Shown: positions 1 to 10,789, counted from the stretch's first letter. The stretch is DNA of 64,000 bases from Anaeromyxobacteraceae bacterium (GCA_032654565.1 JAULAX010000011.1:1-64000), one strand, 5' to 3'. The notes: generated from the letters alone by a model not told the origin. Made by a program: numbers and translations.

Positions 1-1
1 C

Positions 2-739
2 CTGGCCGACGCAGGACTGCTCTCCGCCGCCGCCATGGGCGCCGGCGTCGTCAACGCCATCGCCGGCGGCGGCACGCTGCTGACCTTCCCGGCGCTGCTG
101 GCCATCGGGATCGGGCCGGTGGCCGCCAACGCCACCAACACCGTGGCGCTCTGGCCGGGGCAGCTCTCCGGCGCCTGGGCCTACCGGCGCCACCTCGCCG
201 ACGAGAAGAAGCTGGCGGTGGCGCTGGCCATCCCCTCGCTGGTGGGCGGCGTGCTCGGGTCGCTGCTGGTGCTCTGGCTTCCCGAGAAGGTCTTCGCCGC
301 CGTGGTCCCCTGGCTGATCGTCTTCGCCTGCCTGCTGCTGGCGCTGCAGGGGCCGTTGAAGCGGCTGCTGGCCCAGGTGCCGGGGAGCGACCACCCGGCG
401 GCGGCCTGGGTCATCCAGCTGGCGGTGGCCATCTACGGCGGCTACTTCGGCGCCGGCATGGGGATCCTCATGCTGGCGGCCATGGGGATCCTGCTCAAGT
501 CGAGCCTGCAGCACGCCAACGCCCTGAAGGTGCTCTTCTCCTTCCTCATCAACGGCGTGGCGGCGCTCATCTTCCTCGGCTTCGGCGCCGCCCGGCTGCC
601 GGAGGCGGCGCTGATGGCGGTCTTCGCCGGGCTGGGGGGCTGGGCCGGCGCCCACCTGGCCCAGCGGCTGCCGCCGGCGGCGATGCGCTGGGTGGCCATC
701 GGGGTCGGCCTCTACGCCGCCGCCCGCATGCTCTGGTAG
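2..739 (+). CDS. TauE/SafE (TSUP) family membrane protein, 5' end probably outside window
   Basis: Hydrophobic ORF with NAIAGGG and GGYFGAGMG motifs; reading frame stays open to the window edge. Confidence 0.85.
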   Translation: MADAGLLSAAAMGAGVVNAIAGGGTLLTFPALLAIGIGPVAANATNTVALWPGQLSGAWAYRRHLADEKKLAVALAIPSLVGGVLGSLLVLWLPEKVFAAVVPWLIVFACLLLALQGPLKRLLAQVPGSDHPAAAWVIQLAVAIYGGYFGAGMGILMLAAMGILLKSSLQHANALKVLFSFLINGVAALIFLGFGAARLPEAALMAVFAGLGGWAGAHLAQRLPPAAMRWVAIGVGLYAAARMLW

Positions 740-785
740 CGGCGGCGCCCCGCCGGGAGCGGCGAGGGGCGGGCCGGCGTCGCGC

Positions 786-1490
786 TCAGATCCCCAGGAA
801 CGCCTTGCGGACGTGGTCGTTGCCGAGCAGGTCGGCGCCGGTGCCGGTCAGCACCACCCGCCCGGTCTCCAGCACGTAGGCGCGCGAGGAGATCTTGAGC
901 GACTGGTAGACGTTCTGCTCCACCAGCAGGATGGTGGTCCCCTGCTTGTTGATCTCCTTGATGATCTCGAAGATGTTCTTCACGAAGAGCGGCGAGAGGC
1001 CCAGGCTGGGCTCGTCGAGGAGCAGCAGCTTCGGGTTGGCCATCAGGCCGCGGGCGATGGCCAGCATCTGCTGCTCGCCGCCGGACATGGTGCCGCCCAG
1101 CTGCTTGCGCCGCTCGGCCAGCCGCGGGAAGAGCGAGAAGGCCCGCTCCATGTTGCGGGCCCGGTCGGGGCGGGTGGCCGGCAGGTAGGAGCCCATGCGC
1201 AGGTTCTCCACCACGGTCAGCTCCGGGAAGATGCGCCGCGCCTCGGGCACCTGCACCAGCCCCTGCGCCACCACCTGGTGCGGCTGCAGCCGGGCCAGGT
1301 CGGCCCCGGCGAAGGTGATGGAGCCACCGGTCGGCCGCAGCAGGCGGGAGATGTTGCGCAGGATGGTCGACTTGCCGGCGCCGTTGGCGCCGACCACGGT
1401 GACGATCTCGCCCTGCCGGACCTCGAGGTCGACGCCCCAGAGCACCTGCAGGTCGCCGTAGGCGTAGGTGAGCTGCTTGATCTCAAGCAT
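786..1490 (-). CDS. livF: Branched-chain amino acid-type ABC ATP-binding protein (LivF-like)
   Basis: Walker A GANGAGKS, MSGGEQQMLAIAR, LLLDEPSLGL. Confidence 0.9.
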   Translation of the reverse strand: MLEIKQLTYAYGDLQVLWGVDLEVRQGEIVTVVGANGAGKSTILRNISRLLRPTGGSITFAGADLARLQPHQVVAQGLVQVPEARRIFPELTVVENLRMGSYLPATRPDRARNMERAFSLFPRLAERRKQLGGTMSGGEQQMLAIARGLMANPKLLLLDEPSLGLSPLFVKNIFEIIKEINKQGTTILLVEQNVYQSLKISSRAYVLETGRVVLTGTGADLLGNDHVRKAFLGI

Positions 1491-2208
1491 CGACGGCCTC
1501 TCCGAGGTAGGCGGTGACGACGTCCTTGTTGGTGGCCACCTCGCGCGGCGGCCCCTCGGCCAGCTTCTCGCCCGAGTTGAGCACCACCAGCCGGTCCGAG
1601 AGCCGCATGATGGCCTTCATGTCGTGCTCGATCACCACCTGGGTGAGCCCGAGCTTCTTGAGGTCGAGGATCAGCAGGATGATCTCCTCCGACTCGGCCT
1701 GGTTGAGGCCGCCCATGACCTCGTCGAGCAGCAGCATCTCCGGCCGGGTGGCCAGGGCGCGGGCCACCTCCAGCTTCTTCCGCTCGCCGATGGGCAGGCC
1801 GCCGGCCAGGAAGCTGGTGCGGTGCTCCAGCCGAACCACCCGGAGCTGCTCCCGGGCCACCTGGCGCGCCACCGTGAGCGAGTGGGTGCGGGCCAGCGCC
1901 CCCACCATGACGTTGTCGAGCACCGTCATCTTGGCCAGCGGCCGCACCTTCTGCCAGGTGCGGACCATGCCGAGCCGGCAGACGGCGTCGGGCTGGAGAC
2001 CGTTGATGCGGGCCCCCTTGAACAGCACGTCCCCCTTGGTGGGCGGGTAGTAGCCGGTGATGCAGTTGAAGAGGGTGGTCTTGCCGGCGCCGTTGGGGCC
2101 GATCAGGCCGACGATCTCGCCGAGGCCGACGTCGAAGCTGACGTCGGAGTTGGCGGCCAGGCCGCCGAAGTGCTTGGAGACGTTCTTGATCTCGAGGATG
2201 GGGGGCAT
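1483..2208 (-). CDS. livG: ABC ATP-binding protein (LivG-like)
   Basis: [40 protein letters not shown]-terminus; alternative GTG start at 2226. Confidence 0.9.
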   Translation of the reverse strand: MPPILEIKNVSKHFGGLAANSDVSFDVGLGEIVGLIGPNGAGKTTLFNCITGYYPPTKGDVLFKGARINGLQPDAVCRLGMVRTWQKVRPLAKMTVLDNVMVGALARTHSLTVARQVAREQLRVVRLEHRTSFLAGGLPIGERKKLEVARALATRPEMLLLDEVMGGLNQAESEEIILLILDLKKLGLTQVVIEHDMKAIMRLSDRLVVLNSGEKLAEGPPREVATNKDVVTAYLGEAVDA

Positions 2209-2222
2209 GTGCGGGCTCCGGC

Positions 2223-3335
2223 TCACTCGGCCGCGGGGGCGGGTTGGCTGGGCGGGGGACGCCGGGCGGCGGCGCGCTTCTTCACCCGGTTGGTGGCGTC
2301 GCGGAGCAGCCCGAGGAAGCCGTCGGGGGCGAAGAGCACCACCACCACCACCAGCACCCCGTAGAAGAGCACGTGGGCGTTGGAGAGGTGGGCCTCGATG
2401 AAGGCCACGGTGGTCGACTCGTCTCCCATCAGGCCGGCCTGGACCAGCCACTTGGGGTTGCGCAGGGTCTCGGAGAGCAGCACCAGCACCACCGAGCCGA
2501 CCACCGGCCCGAGGATGGTGCCGATGCCCCCGATGATGCAGATCAGCACCGCCTGCACCGAGACGTCGATCCCGAAGGCGATGTTGGGGTCGATGAAGCG
2601 GACGTAGAGGGCGAAGAGCCCGCCGGCGCTGGCGGTGAAGGCGGCCGAGATCATCAGCGCCAGGTTCTTGTGGAGGGTGGGGTTGATGCCCAGGCTGTGG
2701 GCGGCGTCCTGATCCTCGCGGATGGCCTGGAAGGTGTAGCCGAGCTTGCTGTGCTGCACCAACCAGTTGACCGAGATGATGATCACCGCCAGCCCCAGCG
2801 AGGCGTAGAAGAAGGGGACCTTGCCGAGGAACTTGACCACGAACCACGGGGTCTCGAGCGGCGGGATGCTGTTGAGCAGGATCCCCTCGGCGCCGCGGGT
2901 GACGTCCTTGAAGTGGAGCGCCGCCAGCCGGATGATCTCGGCCATGGAGATGGAGGCCAGCACGAAGTAGGGGCCGCGCAGCCGGAAGGTGATGGTGCCG
3001 ATGATCAGGGAGAGGACCACCGACCCGGCCACCGCCACCAGGATCCCGTACCAGGGGGCCACCTGGAAGAGCTCCAGCAGCAGCATGGTGATGTAGGCGC
3101 CCATCCCGAAGTAGGCGGCGTGCCCCACCGAGTACTGGCCGGCGTAGCCGCCCACCACGTTCCAGGCCGAGCCCTGGGCGATGGCCAGGAAGACCATGAT
3201 CCACATGTGGAGGATGAGCGGCTTGCGGGAGACCTGCGGGACCAGCGCCACCAGGAGGATGACCGCCAGGTAGGCCAGGAAGGCCGGGGTGGAGTAGCCG
3301 CGCGGGAGGCGGAGCGAGCGGAGCAGGGCGCGCAT
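2223..3335 (-). CDS. livM: ABC permease (LivM-like)
   Basis: [34 protein letters not shown]. Confidence 0.9.
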   Translation of the reverse strand: MRALLRSLRLPRGYSTPAFLAYLAVILLVALVPQVSRKPLILHMWIMVFLAIAQGSAWNVVGGYAGQYSVGHAAYFGMGAYITMLLLELFQVAPWYGILVAVAGSVVLSLIIGTITFRLRGPYFVLASISMAEIIRLAALHFKDVTRGAEGILLNSIPPLETPWFVVKFLGKVPFFYASLGLAVIIISVNWLVQHSKLGYTFQAIREDQDAAHSLGINPTLHKNLALMISAAFTASAGGLFALYVRFIDPNIAFGIDVSVQAVLICIIGGIGTILGPVVGSVVLVLLSETLRNPKWLVQAGLMGDESTTVAFIEAHLSNAHVLFYGVLVVVVVLFAPDGFLGLLRDATNRVKKRAAARRPPPSQPAPAAE

Positions 3336-4201
3336 CAGTGCCTCGACTTTCCGAGCAGGCCGGCGGGCCGGAAGAGGAGGATGAGCAGGAAGAGCACGTA
3401 GACCACCAGCTCCTTGAGGCCGCTGGCGATGTAGACGGCGGAGAGCGACTCGGTGACGCCGATGAGGACGCCGCCCAGGGTGGCGCCGACGATGCTGCCC
3501 ATGCCGCCCAGCACCACCACCACGAAGGCCTTGAGGGTGAAGGGGCCGCCCACCTGGGGGAAGACGTAGTAGGTGGGGGCCAGCAGCGCCCCGGCGATGC
3601 CGGCCAGGGCGGTGCCCAGGCCGAAGGCCAGCACCGACATCCGCTTGACGTTGATGCCCATGAGCTGGGCGGCGTCGCGGTCCTGGGCGGTGGCGCGGAT
3701 GGCTTGCCCGGTGTCGGTGGTCTGCAGGAACCAGAAGAGGGCCCCGGTGATGGCCACGGTCACCAGGAACGAGTAGAGCAGCGGCTGCGACACCGAGATG
3801 CCGAGGAGCTGGAATGAGGAGGAGGAGTAGCTGGTGGTGAGGATGCGGTAGTCGGAGGTGAACCCGAGCATCACCGCGTTGCTCATGATCAGCCCGAGGC
3901 CGATGGTGAGCAGGATCTGGTTCTGCGGCAGGGCGTTGAGCACCCGGTTGATGAAGACCTTCTGCAGCAGCGCCCCCCAGAGGAAGAGGACCGGCGCAGT
4001 GATCAGCAGCGACAGGTACGGGTCGATGTTGAAGAGGGTGAAGAGCCCCCAGGTGACGTACATGCCCAGCATCAGCAGGTCACCGTGGGCGAAGTTGATG
4101 ACCCGCATGACGCCGAAGATGATGGTCAGGCCGATGCCGATGAGCGCGTAGACGCCGCCCACCAGGATGCCCGACAGCAGGGATTGGAAGAACACGGTCA
4201 T
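3335..4201 (-). CDS. livH: ABC permease (LivH-like)
   Basis: GLTIIFGVMRVINFAHG, VVLGGMGS. Confidence 0.9.
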   Translation of the reverse strand: MTVFFQSLLSGILVGGVYALIGIGLTIIFGVMRVINFAHGDLLMLGMYVTWGLFTLFNIDPYLSLLITAPVLFLWGALLQKVFINRVLNALPQNQILLTIGLGLIMSNAVMLGFTSDYRILTTSYSSSSFQLLGISVSQPLLYSFLVTVAITGALFWFLQTTDTGQAIRATAQDRDAAQLMGINVKRMSVLAFGLGTALAGIAGALLAPTYYVFPQVGGPFTLKAFVVVVLGGMGSIVGATLGGVLIGVTESLSAVYIASGLKELVVYVLFLLILLFRPAGLLGKSRH

Positions 4202-4289
4202 CGGGGCCTCGTTCCAGCGGTGCGTGGACCGGGGAGGGGCGGGGGACGGCCGGCGCGGCCGCCCCCCGTGGTCGCGGTGGACGCCGGCG

Positions 4290-5450
4290 CTACTTCCAGC
4301 CGGGGAAGGGGTAGACCGCCTTGGCGGTGGCCACCTTGGGCGGGAAGACGGTCACCGACTTGCCGGCCTGGTACTGGATGACCGGCATGGGGTTCTGGTT
4401 CTGGTTGTTGTAGCCGTCGTAGGCCACGAACTTCACCTCGCCCATGATGGTCTGCCAGCTCCCGGTGGCCAGCGCCTCGCGGACCTTGGCCCGGTCCGAG
4501 CCGCCCTGCTTGACCGCGGCGCCCACCACCATCATCGAGGTGTAGGTGCAGGCGGCGTGGTAGGTCGGGCGCTTGCCGAACTTGGCCTGGTAGCGCTTGG
4601 CGAACTCCTCGGAGGGCTTGCTGGAGTCCGGGGTCCACTGCGTCACCGAGAAGACGTTGGTGGAGATCTCCTTCTCACCCTCGAACTGGGCGGTGTCGAA
4701 GCCGGCGCCGCCGCCGAGGAAGGCCTGGGGCTTGAGGCCGAGCTCGCGCGACTGCCGCATCAGCAGGATGGCGTCGGCCACGTAGGAGACCATGAAGACC
4801 AGGTCGGGGTTCTGCGCCTTCACCTTGGAGAGCGTGGAGCGGTAGTCGGCGGAGCCCTTCTGGTACCCCTCGTCGGCCACCACCTTGAGCCCCTTGGCGA
4901 CGGCGTACTCCTTGCCGACCTTGGAGAGCGAGGAGCCGAAGTCGGTCGACTCGTAGATGAAGGCGACGCTCTTGGGCTTGCCGAAGGCCAGGGCGGCGTC
5001 GATGAGCGCCTTGGCGTAGACGTTGGCGGGGGCGTTGACCCGGAAGACCCACTTGTACCCCTGGCGGGTGATGTCCTCCTTGGAGGCGGCCGGGATGACC
5101 TGGGAGACCCCGTAGAGCTCGGCCTGCTTGGCCACGGCGTTGGCGCAGGCCGAGGTGTAGGGACCGACGATGGCGGCGACCTCGTCGCCGGTGGCCAGCT
5201 GCTCGATGGCGCTGATGGCCTTGTCGGGCTTGCCGGTGTCGTCCTGGCGGATCACCTTGATGTCGACCCCCTGCTTCTTCAGGTCCTCGAGCGCCAGCTC
5301 GAGGCCGTTGGTCATGGTCTCGCCGATGGGGGCCTCGGCGCCGGTGATGGTGTTGATGAAGCCGACCTTGACGGGCGCGGCGCCGGCCAGGCCGGGGAGC
5401 GCGAGCGAGGCGGCGGCGGTGACGGAGAGGAGGCGGTGGGCGAGGCGCAT
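4290..5450 (-). CDS. ABC substrate-binding protein (LivJ/K family)
   Basis: Signal peptide MRLAHRLL..., GAAGGAG RBS, periplasmic-binding-protein motifs (IVGPYTS). Confidence 0.88.
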   Translation of the reverse strand: MRLAHRLLSVTAAASLALPGLAGAAPVKVGFINTITGAEAPIGETMTNGLELALEDLKKQGVDIKVIRQDDTGKPDKAISAIEQLATGDEVAAIVGPYTSACANAVAKQAELYGVSQVIPAASKEDITRQGYKWVFRVNAPANVYAKALIDAALAFGKPKSVAFIYESTDFGSSLSKVGKEYAVAKGLKVVADEGYQKGSADYRSTLSKVKAQNPDLVFMVSYVADAILLMRQSRELGLKPQAFLGGGAGFDTAQFEGEKEISTNVFSVTQWTPDSSKPSEEFAKRYQAKFGKRPTYHAACTYTSMMVVGAAVKQGGSDRAKVREALATGSWQTIMGEVKFVAYDGYNNQNQNPMPVIQYQAGKSVTVFPPKVATAKAVYPFPGWK

Positions 5451-5494
5451 GCGAGCTCCTTCGGTGAGGTGAGGGCGGAGAGGTTCACGAAACG

Positions 5495-5535
5495 TCGAGG
5501 GGCGCCCGCGCCCGAAGGCCACGGGCGCCCCTCGA
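5495..5535 (-). terminator. Strong intercistronic hairpin (terminator/mRNA stabiliser) after porin gene
   Basis: TCGAGGGGCGCCCG ... CGGGCGCCCCTCGA 14-bp inverted repeat; only a short T tract follows on the minus strand. Confidence 0.6.
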
Positions 5536-5549
5536 TCAGGCCATGTCGA

Positions 5550-6851
5550 CTAGAACTTGAGCTGCGAGGAGACGGCGATCTGCGTCGCCTCCTGCGTGGT
5601 GGTCGCGGCGCCGCCGGCGGTGGTCAGGTACTCGGTCTTGACCTGGGCGTACTCGACGCCGAACCGCCAGGCCTTGCCGGCGTTGAAGATGACGCCGCCG
5701 GCGACCTGGTCGTTGTTGATGCGGCTCGCGGCGGCGGCGTGCGCCTTGTCGGCGTCGGCGTGGCCCACGCCCAGCGTCACCCAGACCCACGGGGTGGGCT
5801 TGGCGATCAGCTGCGCCCAGTAGCCCGAGGACTTCTGGGCCTTGACGGCGGTGCCGGCCGGCGCGCCGGCCAGGGTGTAGGTGGCGGCGGCGATGCCGTT
5901 GTAGGAGTCGTCCGCGCCCTCGCCGGAGTAGAACTCGCCCTTCACCTGGGCGTACTTGGTCAGGCCGAGGTCGAGGTCGACGCCGATGAGGCTGCCGCTG
6001 ACGTCCTGCTGGTTGGCGGTGTGGTAGGAGACCCGGCGGGTGTTGGTGTGGTAGCCGAGGCCGATGGCGCCGGAGATGTCGCCGGCGAACTTGGCGTTGG
6101 CGCCGACCCGGGCCTCGACGTTGGGCATGCGCGACTGGTTGCCGGAGCCGAAGTCGACCGGGCTGTCGGCGGTGGCCGGGGAGAGGACCGCCACCGCGGC
6201 GTTGACGCCGATGTCAGCGAAGGTGTTGGCGTAGCTGAGGCGGAACTGCGGCGAGCGGCGCCAGAGGTTGCCGGCCTGCCAGAAGAGCGGGCTGGCCACC
6301 CAGGAGATGCTCTCGGCGAAGAGGGTGTTGACGATGCCGACGTCCTGGCCGGCGAGCACCGAGACGGTGCCGGCGTCGGTCTTCCAGGTGGCGGTCATGC
6401 TGGCCATGCGGAGCCGCATCAGCCCGTTGTACCAGGCGGTGGAGGCAGCGGCGCCCTGGGTGCAGGTGATGACGCCGATGGTGGCGGGGGGAACGGGTGC
6501 AGCCTGGGTGCAGGTGGGGTTGCCCGGCACGTGGCCGGCGTTGAAGTCGAACTCCATGACGCCGGTGATGTCGGCGCCGGACCAGTCTTCCTTGGTGGCG
6601 AACTTGAAGCCGACGCGCGACTGCCGGGCGCTGAAGAGGAGGGCGCCACCGCGGAGGGCCGGGTCGGCGCGGCCCGGGTAGTCGTTGGCCTGGAGGGTGT
6701 TGCCGGTGAAGAAGGCGTTGGCCAGGAGGAAGCCGTAGGGCGTGATCTTGACGCCATCGGCAGCGGGAGCGGCGGGGGCGGTCTGGGCGACGGCGGCGAG
6801 CGGCAGGGACAGCGCCAGCACGCCGGCGAGGAACGTTCTCGTTGCGGTCAT
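5550..6851 (-). CDS. Outer-membrane porin (DcaP-like) heading the ABC operon
   Basis: Signal peptide, ARQSRVG and EFDF motifs, alternating beta-strands, C-terminal Phe (SSQLKF), GGAGG RBS. Confidence 0.75.
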   Translation of the reverse strand: MTATRTFLAGVLALSLPLAAVAQTAPAAPAADGVKITPYGFLLANAFFTGNTLQANDYPGRADPALRGGALLFSARQSRVGFKFATKEDWSGADITGVMEFDFNAGHVPGNPTCTQAAPVPPATIGVITCTQGAAASTAWYNGLMRLRMASMTATWKTDAGTVSVLAGQDVGIVNTLFAESISWVASPLFWQAGNLWRRSPQFRLSYANTFADIGVNAAVAVLSPATADSPVDFGSGNQSRMPNVEARVGANAKFAGDISGAIGLGYHTNTRRVSYHTANQQDVSGSLIGVDLDLGLTKYAQVKGEFYSGEGADDSYNGIAAATYTLAGAPAGTAVKAQKSSGYWAQLIAKPTPWVWVTLGVGHADADKAHAAAASRINNDQVAGGVIFNAGKAWRFGVEYAQVKTEYLTTAGGAATTTQEATQIAVSSQLKF

Positions 6852-7035
6852 TCACATCCTCCGGATGTCTTGAAGCGGTTGCCCCGGGCTGAAAGCAGGT
6901 TGGGATCCCGGGAGGGGGGGGGGAGGGAACGGTAGCACACGGCTCATCTGGGTCTCGGCAAATCAGACGACGCGGCGCGGCAATCACGCGCAATCCATCA
7001 CAAACCACCGGAAGGACTGGGGTGCAATCAACGCA

Positions 7036-7091
7036 CTTCCCGTCCCTACTTCCCATCCCAGAGTAGTTCAACGTCCCACCCAGAGTAGTTC
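7036..7091 (+). repeat. Two copies (7049-7068, 7073-7091) plus one partial copy of the CCCAGAGTAGTT repeat
   Basis: cttcccgtccct / cttcccatcccagagtagttc / gtcccacccagagtagttc. Confidence 0.85.
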
Positions 7092-7115
7092 AGTCCCTGG
7101 TGGCCCAGCGTCGCC

Positions 7116-9506
7116 CTACCTGGCCAGCGTGACCACGGTGACGGCGTCACCACCCTCGTGCTGGTCCCCCCTGCGGTGTTCCGCCACGTAGGGCGACCCT
7201 GTCAGCGCCTCCCGCAGCGCCTGCTTGAGCGCGCCGGTCCCGTGCCCGTGGAGGATGAGGCACTGCGGCTCCCCCTCGGCGTAGAGCCGGTCGAGGAACC
7301 GGACCACCTCCCGCTGCAGCTCGTCCACCCGCAGCCCGCGCACGTCGAGCCTCCGGTCGGCGACGCGCACCGCCTCGGGGCGGGCCTCCTCCGCCCGGGC
7401 CAGCCGGTCGGCGGCGCTGATCCCGAGCCGGGCCTGCCGGGCCGTGCCGGTCAGCGCCACCAGATCGGCGAGCGGCCGCCGGACCTTGAGCGCCCCGGCC
7501 TGGACCAGCGCCTGGGCGCCGTCGACCGAGAGCACCTCGCCTTCCTGCCCGAGCGAGGCGATGCGGACCCGCACCCCGGGGCGGACCTCGCCGCCGGGCA
7601 GCGCCTCGGCGGCGGTCTCGGCCTGCACCGCCGCCCGCTTCGAGGCCCCACCCACCTGCGCCTTCCAGGCCTCCAGCTGGGCCGCCGCCTCGCTGGCCTT
7701 CTTGACCGAGGGCTGGGCCTGCAGCGCCGCCAGCAGCCCGGCCACCTCGGCGCGGGCCGCCTCCAGCTCCTCGACGATGGCCTCGCCGACCCGGGCCGCC
7801 GCCGCCCGCTCGGCGCGGTGGGCCTCCTCCTGGCGCGCCCGGGCCGCCGCCTCGGCCTGCCGCGCCGCCGCCCCGGCCCGCTCCGCCGCCTCCCGCGCCG
7901 TGGCCAGCGCCCCCCGCTCGGCGTCGAGCGCCGCCAGCGCCTCGCCGAGCGCCCCGCCGCGGCCGCTGCGCGCCTCCCGGGCCCGCTGCACCACCGCCGC
8001 CGGCAGCCCCACCCGCGCCGCCACCTCGATGGCCGAGGAGCTGCCCGGCGAGCCGAGGTGGAGCTGGTAGGTGGGGGCCAGCCGCTCGGCGTCGAAGCCG
8101 ACCCGGGCGTTGGCGTAGGTGGGGTCGGTGAGCGCCAGCGCCTTGAGCTCGTCGAGGTGGGTGGTGACCAGCACGGTGGCGCCGCGGGCCACCAGCGCCT
8201 CGAGGATGGCCGCCGCCAGCGCCGCCCCCTCGCGCGGGTCGGTGTCGGCGGCGATCTCGTCCACCAGCACCAGCGAGCCGGGGATGGCGCCGGCCAGCAT
8301 CTCCTTCACCGCGGTGAGGTGGGCGGTGAAGGTGGAGAGGTCCTGGTGCAGGTCGCCACGCTCGTCGATGGCCGCCTTGACCTCGAGGAAGAAGGGGAGG
8401 CTCGACCCCTCGGCGGCCGGCACCGGAAGGCCGGCGCGCAGCATCAGCGCCGAGAGCGCCACGGCGCTGATGGCCACCGTCTTGCCGCCGCCGTTCGGCC
8501 CGGAGACCACCAGGGCGCGGGCCGGCGCCTCCATGCGGACGTGGCTCGGCACCACCTTCTTGCCCTGCAGCGAGAGCAGCGGGTGGCGCAGCGAGCGCAG
8601 CTCGAAGCCGTCGCGCTCGGCGGTCAGCGCCGGGGCGTGGGCGTCGAGGTCGGAGGCCAGCCGGGCCGCCCCCTCCAGGGCGTCGAGCTCGGCCAGCACC
8701 GCCAGGCCGCGGGTGAGCGCCGCGGCCCGGGCGGTGACCGCGCCGGAGAGCTCGCGCAGGATGCGGGCCTCCTCCTCGAGGGCGGTGGCGTTGGCGATGG
8801 CCAGCTCGTTGCCCAGCTCCACCAGCCCGTCGGGCTCGACGAAGAGCGTCTGGCCCGACTGCGAGGCGTTGTGGACGATGCCCGGCACCGCGGCGCGGGC
8901 GTTGGCGAGGATGGGCAGCACGTACCGCTCGTTGCGGATGGTGAAGTAGCGGTCGCGCAGGTGGCGCTCCATCTCCGGATCCGAGAGGTAGCCCTCCACC
9001 CTGGCCTTCAGGGCCCGGTGCAGCCCACGGCCCCGCTCCCGGGCCGCCGCCAGCTCGACGCTGGCTCGGTCGGAGACGGTGCCCGAGGGCTCGATGGCCC
9101 GCTCGATCCGGTCGGCCAGCCGGTCGTCCGGCTCGAGCGGCTCGGCCAGGGCCGCGAGGCGTGGCGCCTCCCCGGCCCGGGCCAGCAGCGCCGCCCGGGT
9201 CCGGGCCACGGCGCGGGCCAGGGCCGCCACCTCGCGCAGCGAGAGCGGCTCCAGCACGCCGCCCCGCGAGGCCCGGTCGAGCGTGGCCTCGACGTCGGCC
9301 AGGCCGCCGAACGGCAGCGAGGTGCCGGACTCGGAGAGGCGCCGGGCCTCGTCGACGCGGGCCAGCGCCTCCCGCGCCGCGGCGGCGTCGGGGAGGAAGG
9401 GCAGGGCCAGGGCGCGGCGCTGGCCGGCCGGGAGCCGGCAGCGCCCGGCGAGGGCGGCGAGGATCTCGGGCCAGCCGAGCTGGGCCAGGGTGCGGTCGTG
9501 GCTCAT
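7116..9506 (-). CDS. mutS2: MutS2 family endonuclease with C-terminal Smr domain
   Basis: SGPNGGGKT Walker A, DLSTFTAH, VTTHL, LDVRG...ILHGHGTGAL Smr domain. Confidence 0.93.
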   Translation of the reverse strand: MSHDRTLAQLGWPEILAALAGRCRLPAGQRRALALPFLPDAAAAREALARVDEARRLSESGTSLPFGGLADVEATLDRASRGGVLEPLSLREVAALARAVARTRAALLARAGEAPRLAALAEPLEPDDRLADRIERAIEPSGTVSDRASVELAAARERGRGLHRALKARVEGYLSDPEMERHLRDRYFTIRNERYVLPILANARAAVPGIVHNASQSGQTLFVEPDGLVELGNELAIANATALEEEARILRELSGAVTARAAALTRGLAVLAELDALEGAARLASDLDAHAPALTAERDGFELRSLRHPLLSLQGKKVVPSHVRMEAPARALVVSGPNGGGKTVAISAVALSALMLRAGLPVPAAEGSSLPFFLEVKAAIDERGDLHQDLSTFTAHLTAVKEMLAGAIPGSLVLVDEIAADTDPREGAALAAAILEALVARGATVLVTTHLDELKALALTDPTYANARVGFDAERLAPTYQLHLGSPGSSSAIEVAARVGLPAAVVQRAREARSGRGGALGEALAALDAERGALATAREAAERAGAAARQAEAAARARQEEAHRAERAAAARVGEAIVEELEAARAEVAGLLAALQAQPSVKKASEAAAQLEAWKAQVGGASKRAAVQAETAAEALPGGEVRPGVRVRIASLGQEGEVLSVDGAQALVQAGALKVRRPLADLVALTGTARQARLGISAADRLARAEEARPEAVRVADRRLDVRGLRVDELQREVVRFLDRLYAEGEPQCLILHGHGTGALKQALREALTGSPYVAEHRRGDQHEGGDAVTVVTLAR

Positions 9507-9600
9507 GGGCTTGGGCCGGGTCGTACCGTGTCCGCCGGCGCCGCGCCACCGCGCCGGGACCCGGGCTGGCCGCCGCGGCCATCGCGGCTATCATGCGCCC

Positions 9601-10158
9601 ATGACCCCTCCCGGCCGCCCGGCCTGCCTCCTCGCGCTGGCCGCGCTGTGCGCCTGTGCCGGCGCGCCGCCGGTCCGGCCGCCCCCCACCCCGTCGCCGC
9701 TCACGGCCCCGGCGTCGCCACCGGTCGCCGCCCCGGACTGTCTCCCGGGGGAGGCCGGGGATCCCGCCGGGGTGGAGGCGGCCTGCGCCCGGCAGCTCCA
9801 GCGGGTCGACGATCCGGCGCTGCGGCTGCGCCGGGCGCTGGCGCTGGAGCAGCTGGGGCGCGACGCCGAGGCCATCGCCGAGCTGCAGCGGCTGGTGTCG
9901 GCCGACCCGGCCCACGCGGCGGCGCGGGCCCGGCTGGCCGAGCGGTACGAGGCGGTGGGGCGCTTCGGCGAGGCCGAGGTGGAGCTGCAGGCGCTCGCCC
10001 AGGCCGTCCCGGGCCGGCCGGAGGGCTGGCGCCGGCTGGCCGCCTTCTACGTCCGCCGGGGGCTCACCGAGAACGCCCGGGCCGCCGAGGCCAGGGCCCG
10101 CGACGCCGAGGCCAGGCCCCAGCGCGAGCTGCGGCCGCTGCGCCCCAGCGGCCGGTGA
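9601..10158 (+). CDS. TPR-repeat lipoprotein
   Basis: Lipobox-like ALCAC; helical TPR-like repeats. Confidence 0.7.
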   Translation: MTPPGRPACLLALAALCACAGAPPVRPPPTPSPLTAPASPPVAAPDCLPGEAGDPAGVEAACARQLQRVDDPALRLRRALALEQLGRDAEAIAELQRLVSADPAHAAARARLAERYEAVGRFGEAEVELQALAQAVPGRPEGWRRLAAFYVRRGLTENARAAEARARDAEARPQRELRPLRPSGR

Positions 10159-10243
10159 GGGCCCGCCGGCCTGGCCTGCGTGCCCCGGCGCCGGGCCCGG
10201 TCTCGGCCTTCGTCTCGGTGGCGGCGGCGAGGTGGAGCGGCCG

Positions 10244-10789
10244 CTACCGGGCCGCCGCGGCCGTGGCCGCCCGGGTCAGCCCCGCCACCGCCGCCGCGGT
10301 CTCCAGCCTCCGGCCCGAGGCGCTGAAGATCAGCCAGACCCGCTTGCCCCGGAAGACGTTGAGCTGGACCACCGGGAAGGCGCTGCTGCCCATGTTCACC
10401 CAGTAGGCGCCGTCACCCAGGCCGGCCACCTCCACCGGCGTGGCCTTGAGCTGGACGGCGCCGGCCCTGGCCGCCGCCGGGGTGGTGCCGGTGGTGTCGC
10501 TCGGCGCCCGCCGCGCCAGCAGGCTCACCGAGAGCCGGGCCTTCGAGGAGGCCTCCAGTGAGGTGAAGTTGCAGGTGGAGAGCGTCGCCATGGAGCCCGT
10601 GGCCTTCACGATCTCCCGCTCGAGCTTGCCGGGCCCGAACTTGCGCGGCGCGAAGGCGGCCTCCAGGTCGGCCTGCTGAAGCATGGCGCAGGCGTTCCAG
10701 TCCGCCGCCGCCAGCGCCAAGGCGCCGGGCCAGAGCCCCGCGCCCACCGCGGCCATCGCCACCACCGCCCACCGCCGGCCGTGCTGCAT
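10244..10789 (-). CDS. Secreted hypothetical protein
   Basis: GGAGG RBS, signal peptide, NACAML...GLGDGAYW; downstream of bdhA in the same direction. Confidence 0.7.
   Translation of the reverse strand: MQHGRRWAVVAMAAVGAGLWPGALALAAADWNACAMLQQADLEAAFAPRKFGPGKLEREIVKATGSMATLSTCNFTSLEASSKARLSVSLLARRAPSDTTGTTPAAARAGAVQLKATPVEVAGLGDGAYWVNMGSSAFPVVQLNVFRGKRVWLIFSASGRRLETAAAVAGLTRAATAAAAR

Noticed and set aside
6911..6927. G-runs (also 48406-48418) as G-quadruplex or phase-variation sites
   Set aside because: The first is non-coding with no demonstrable promoter role and the second encodes poly-Pro in frame; not enough evidence
4167..10406. Very long + strand ORFs (922 aa, 1082 aa) and similar ones elsewhere (e.g. 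37654-42210)
   Set aside because: Antisense or alternate-frame shadows of real genes; stop codons are rare at this GC content and the translations lack recognisable motifs
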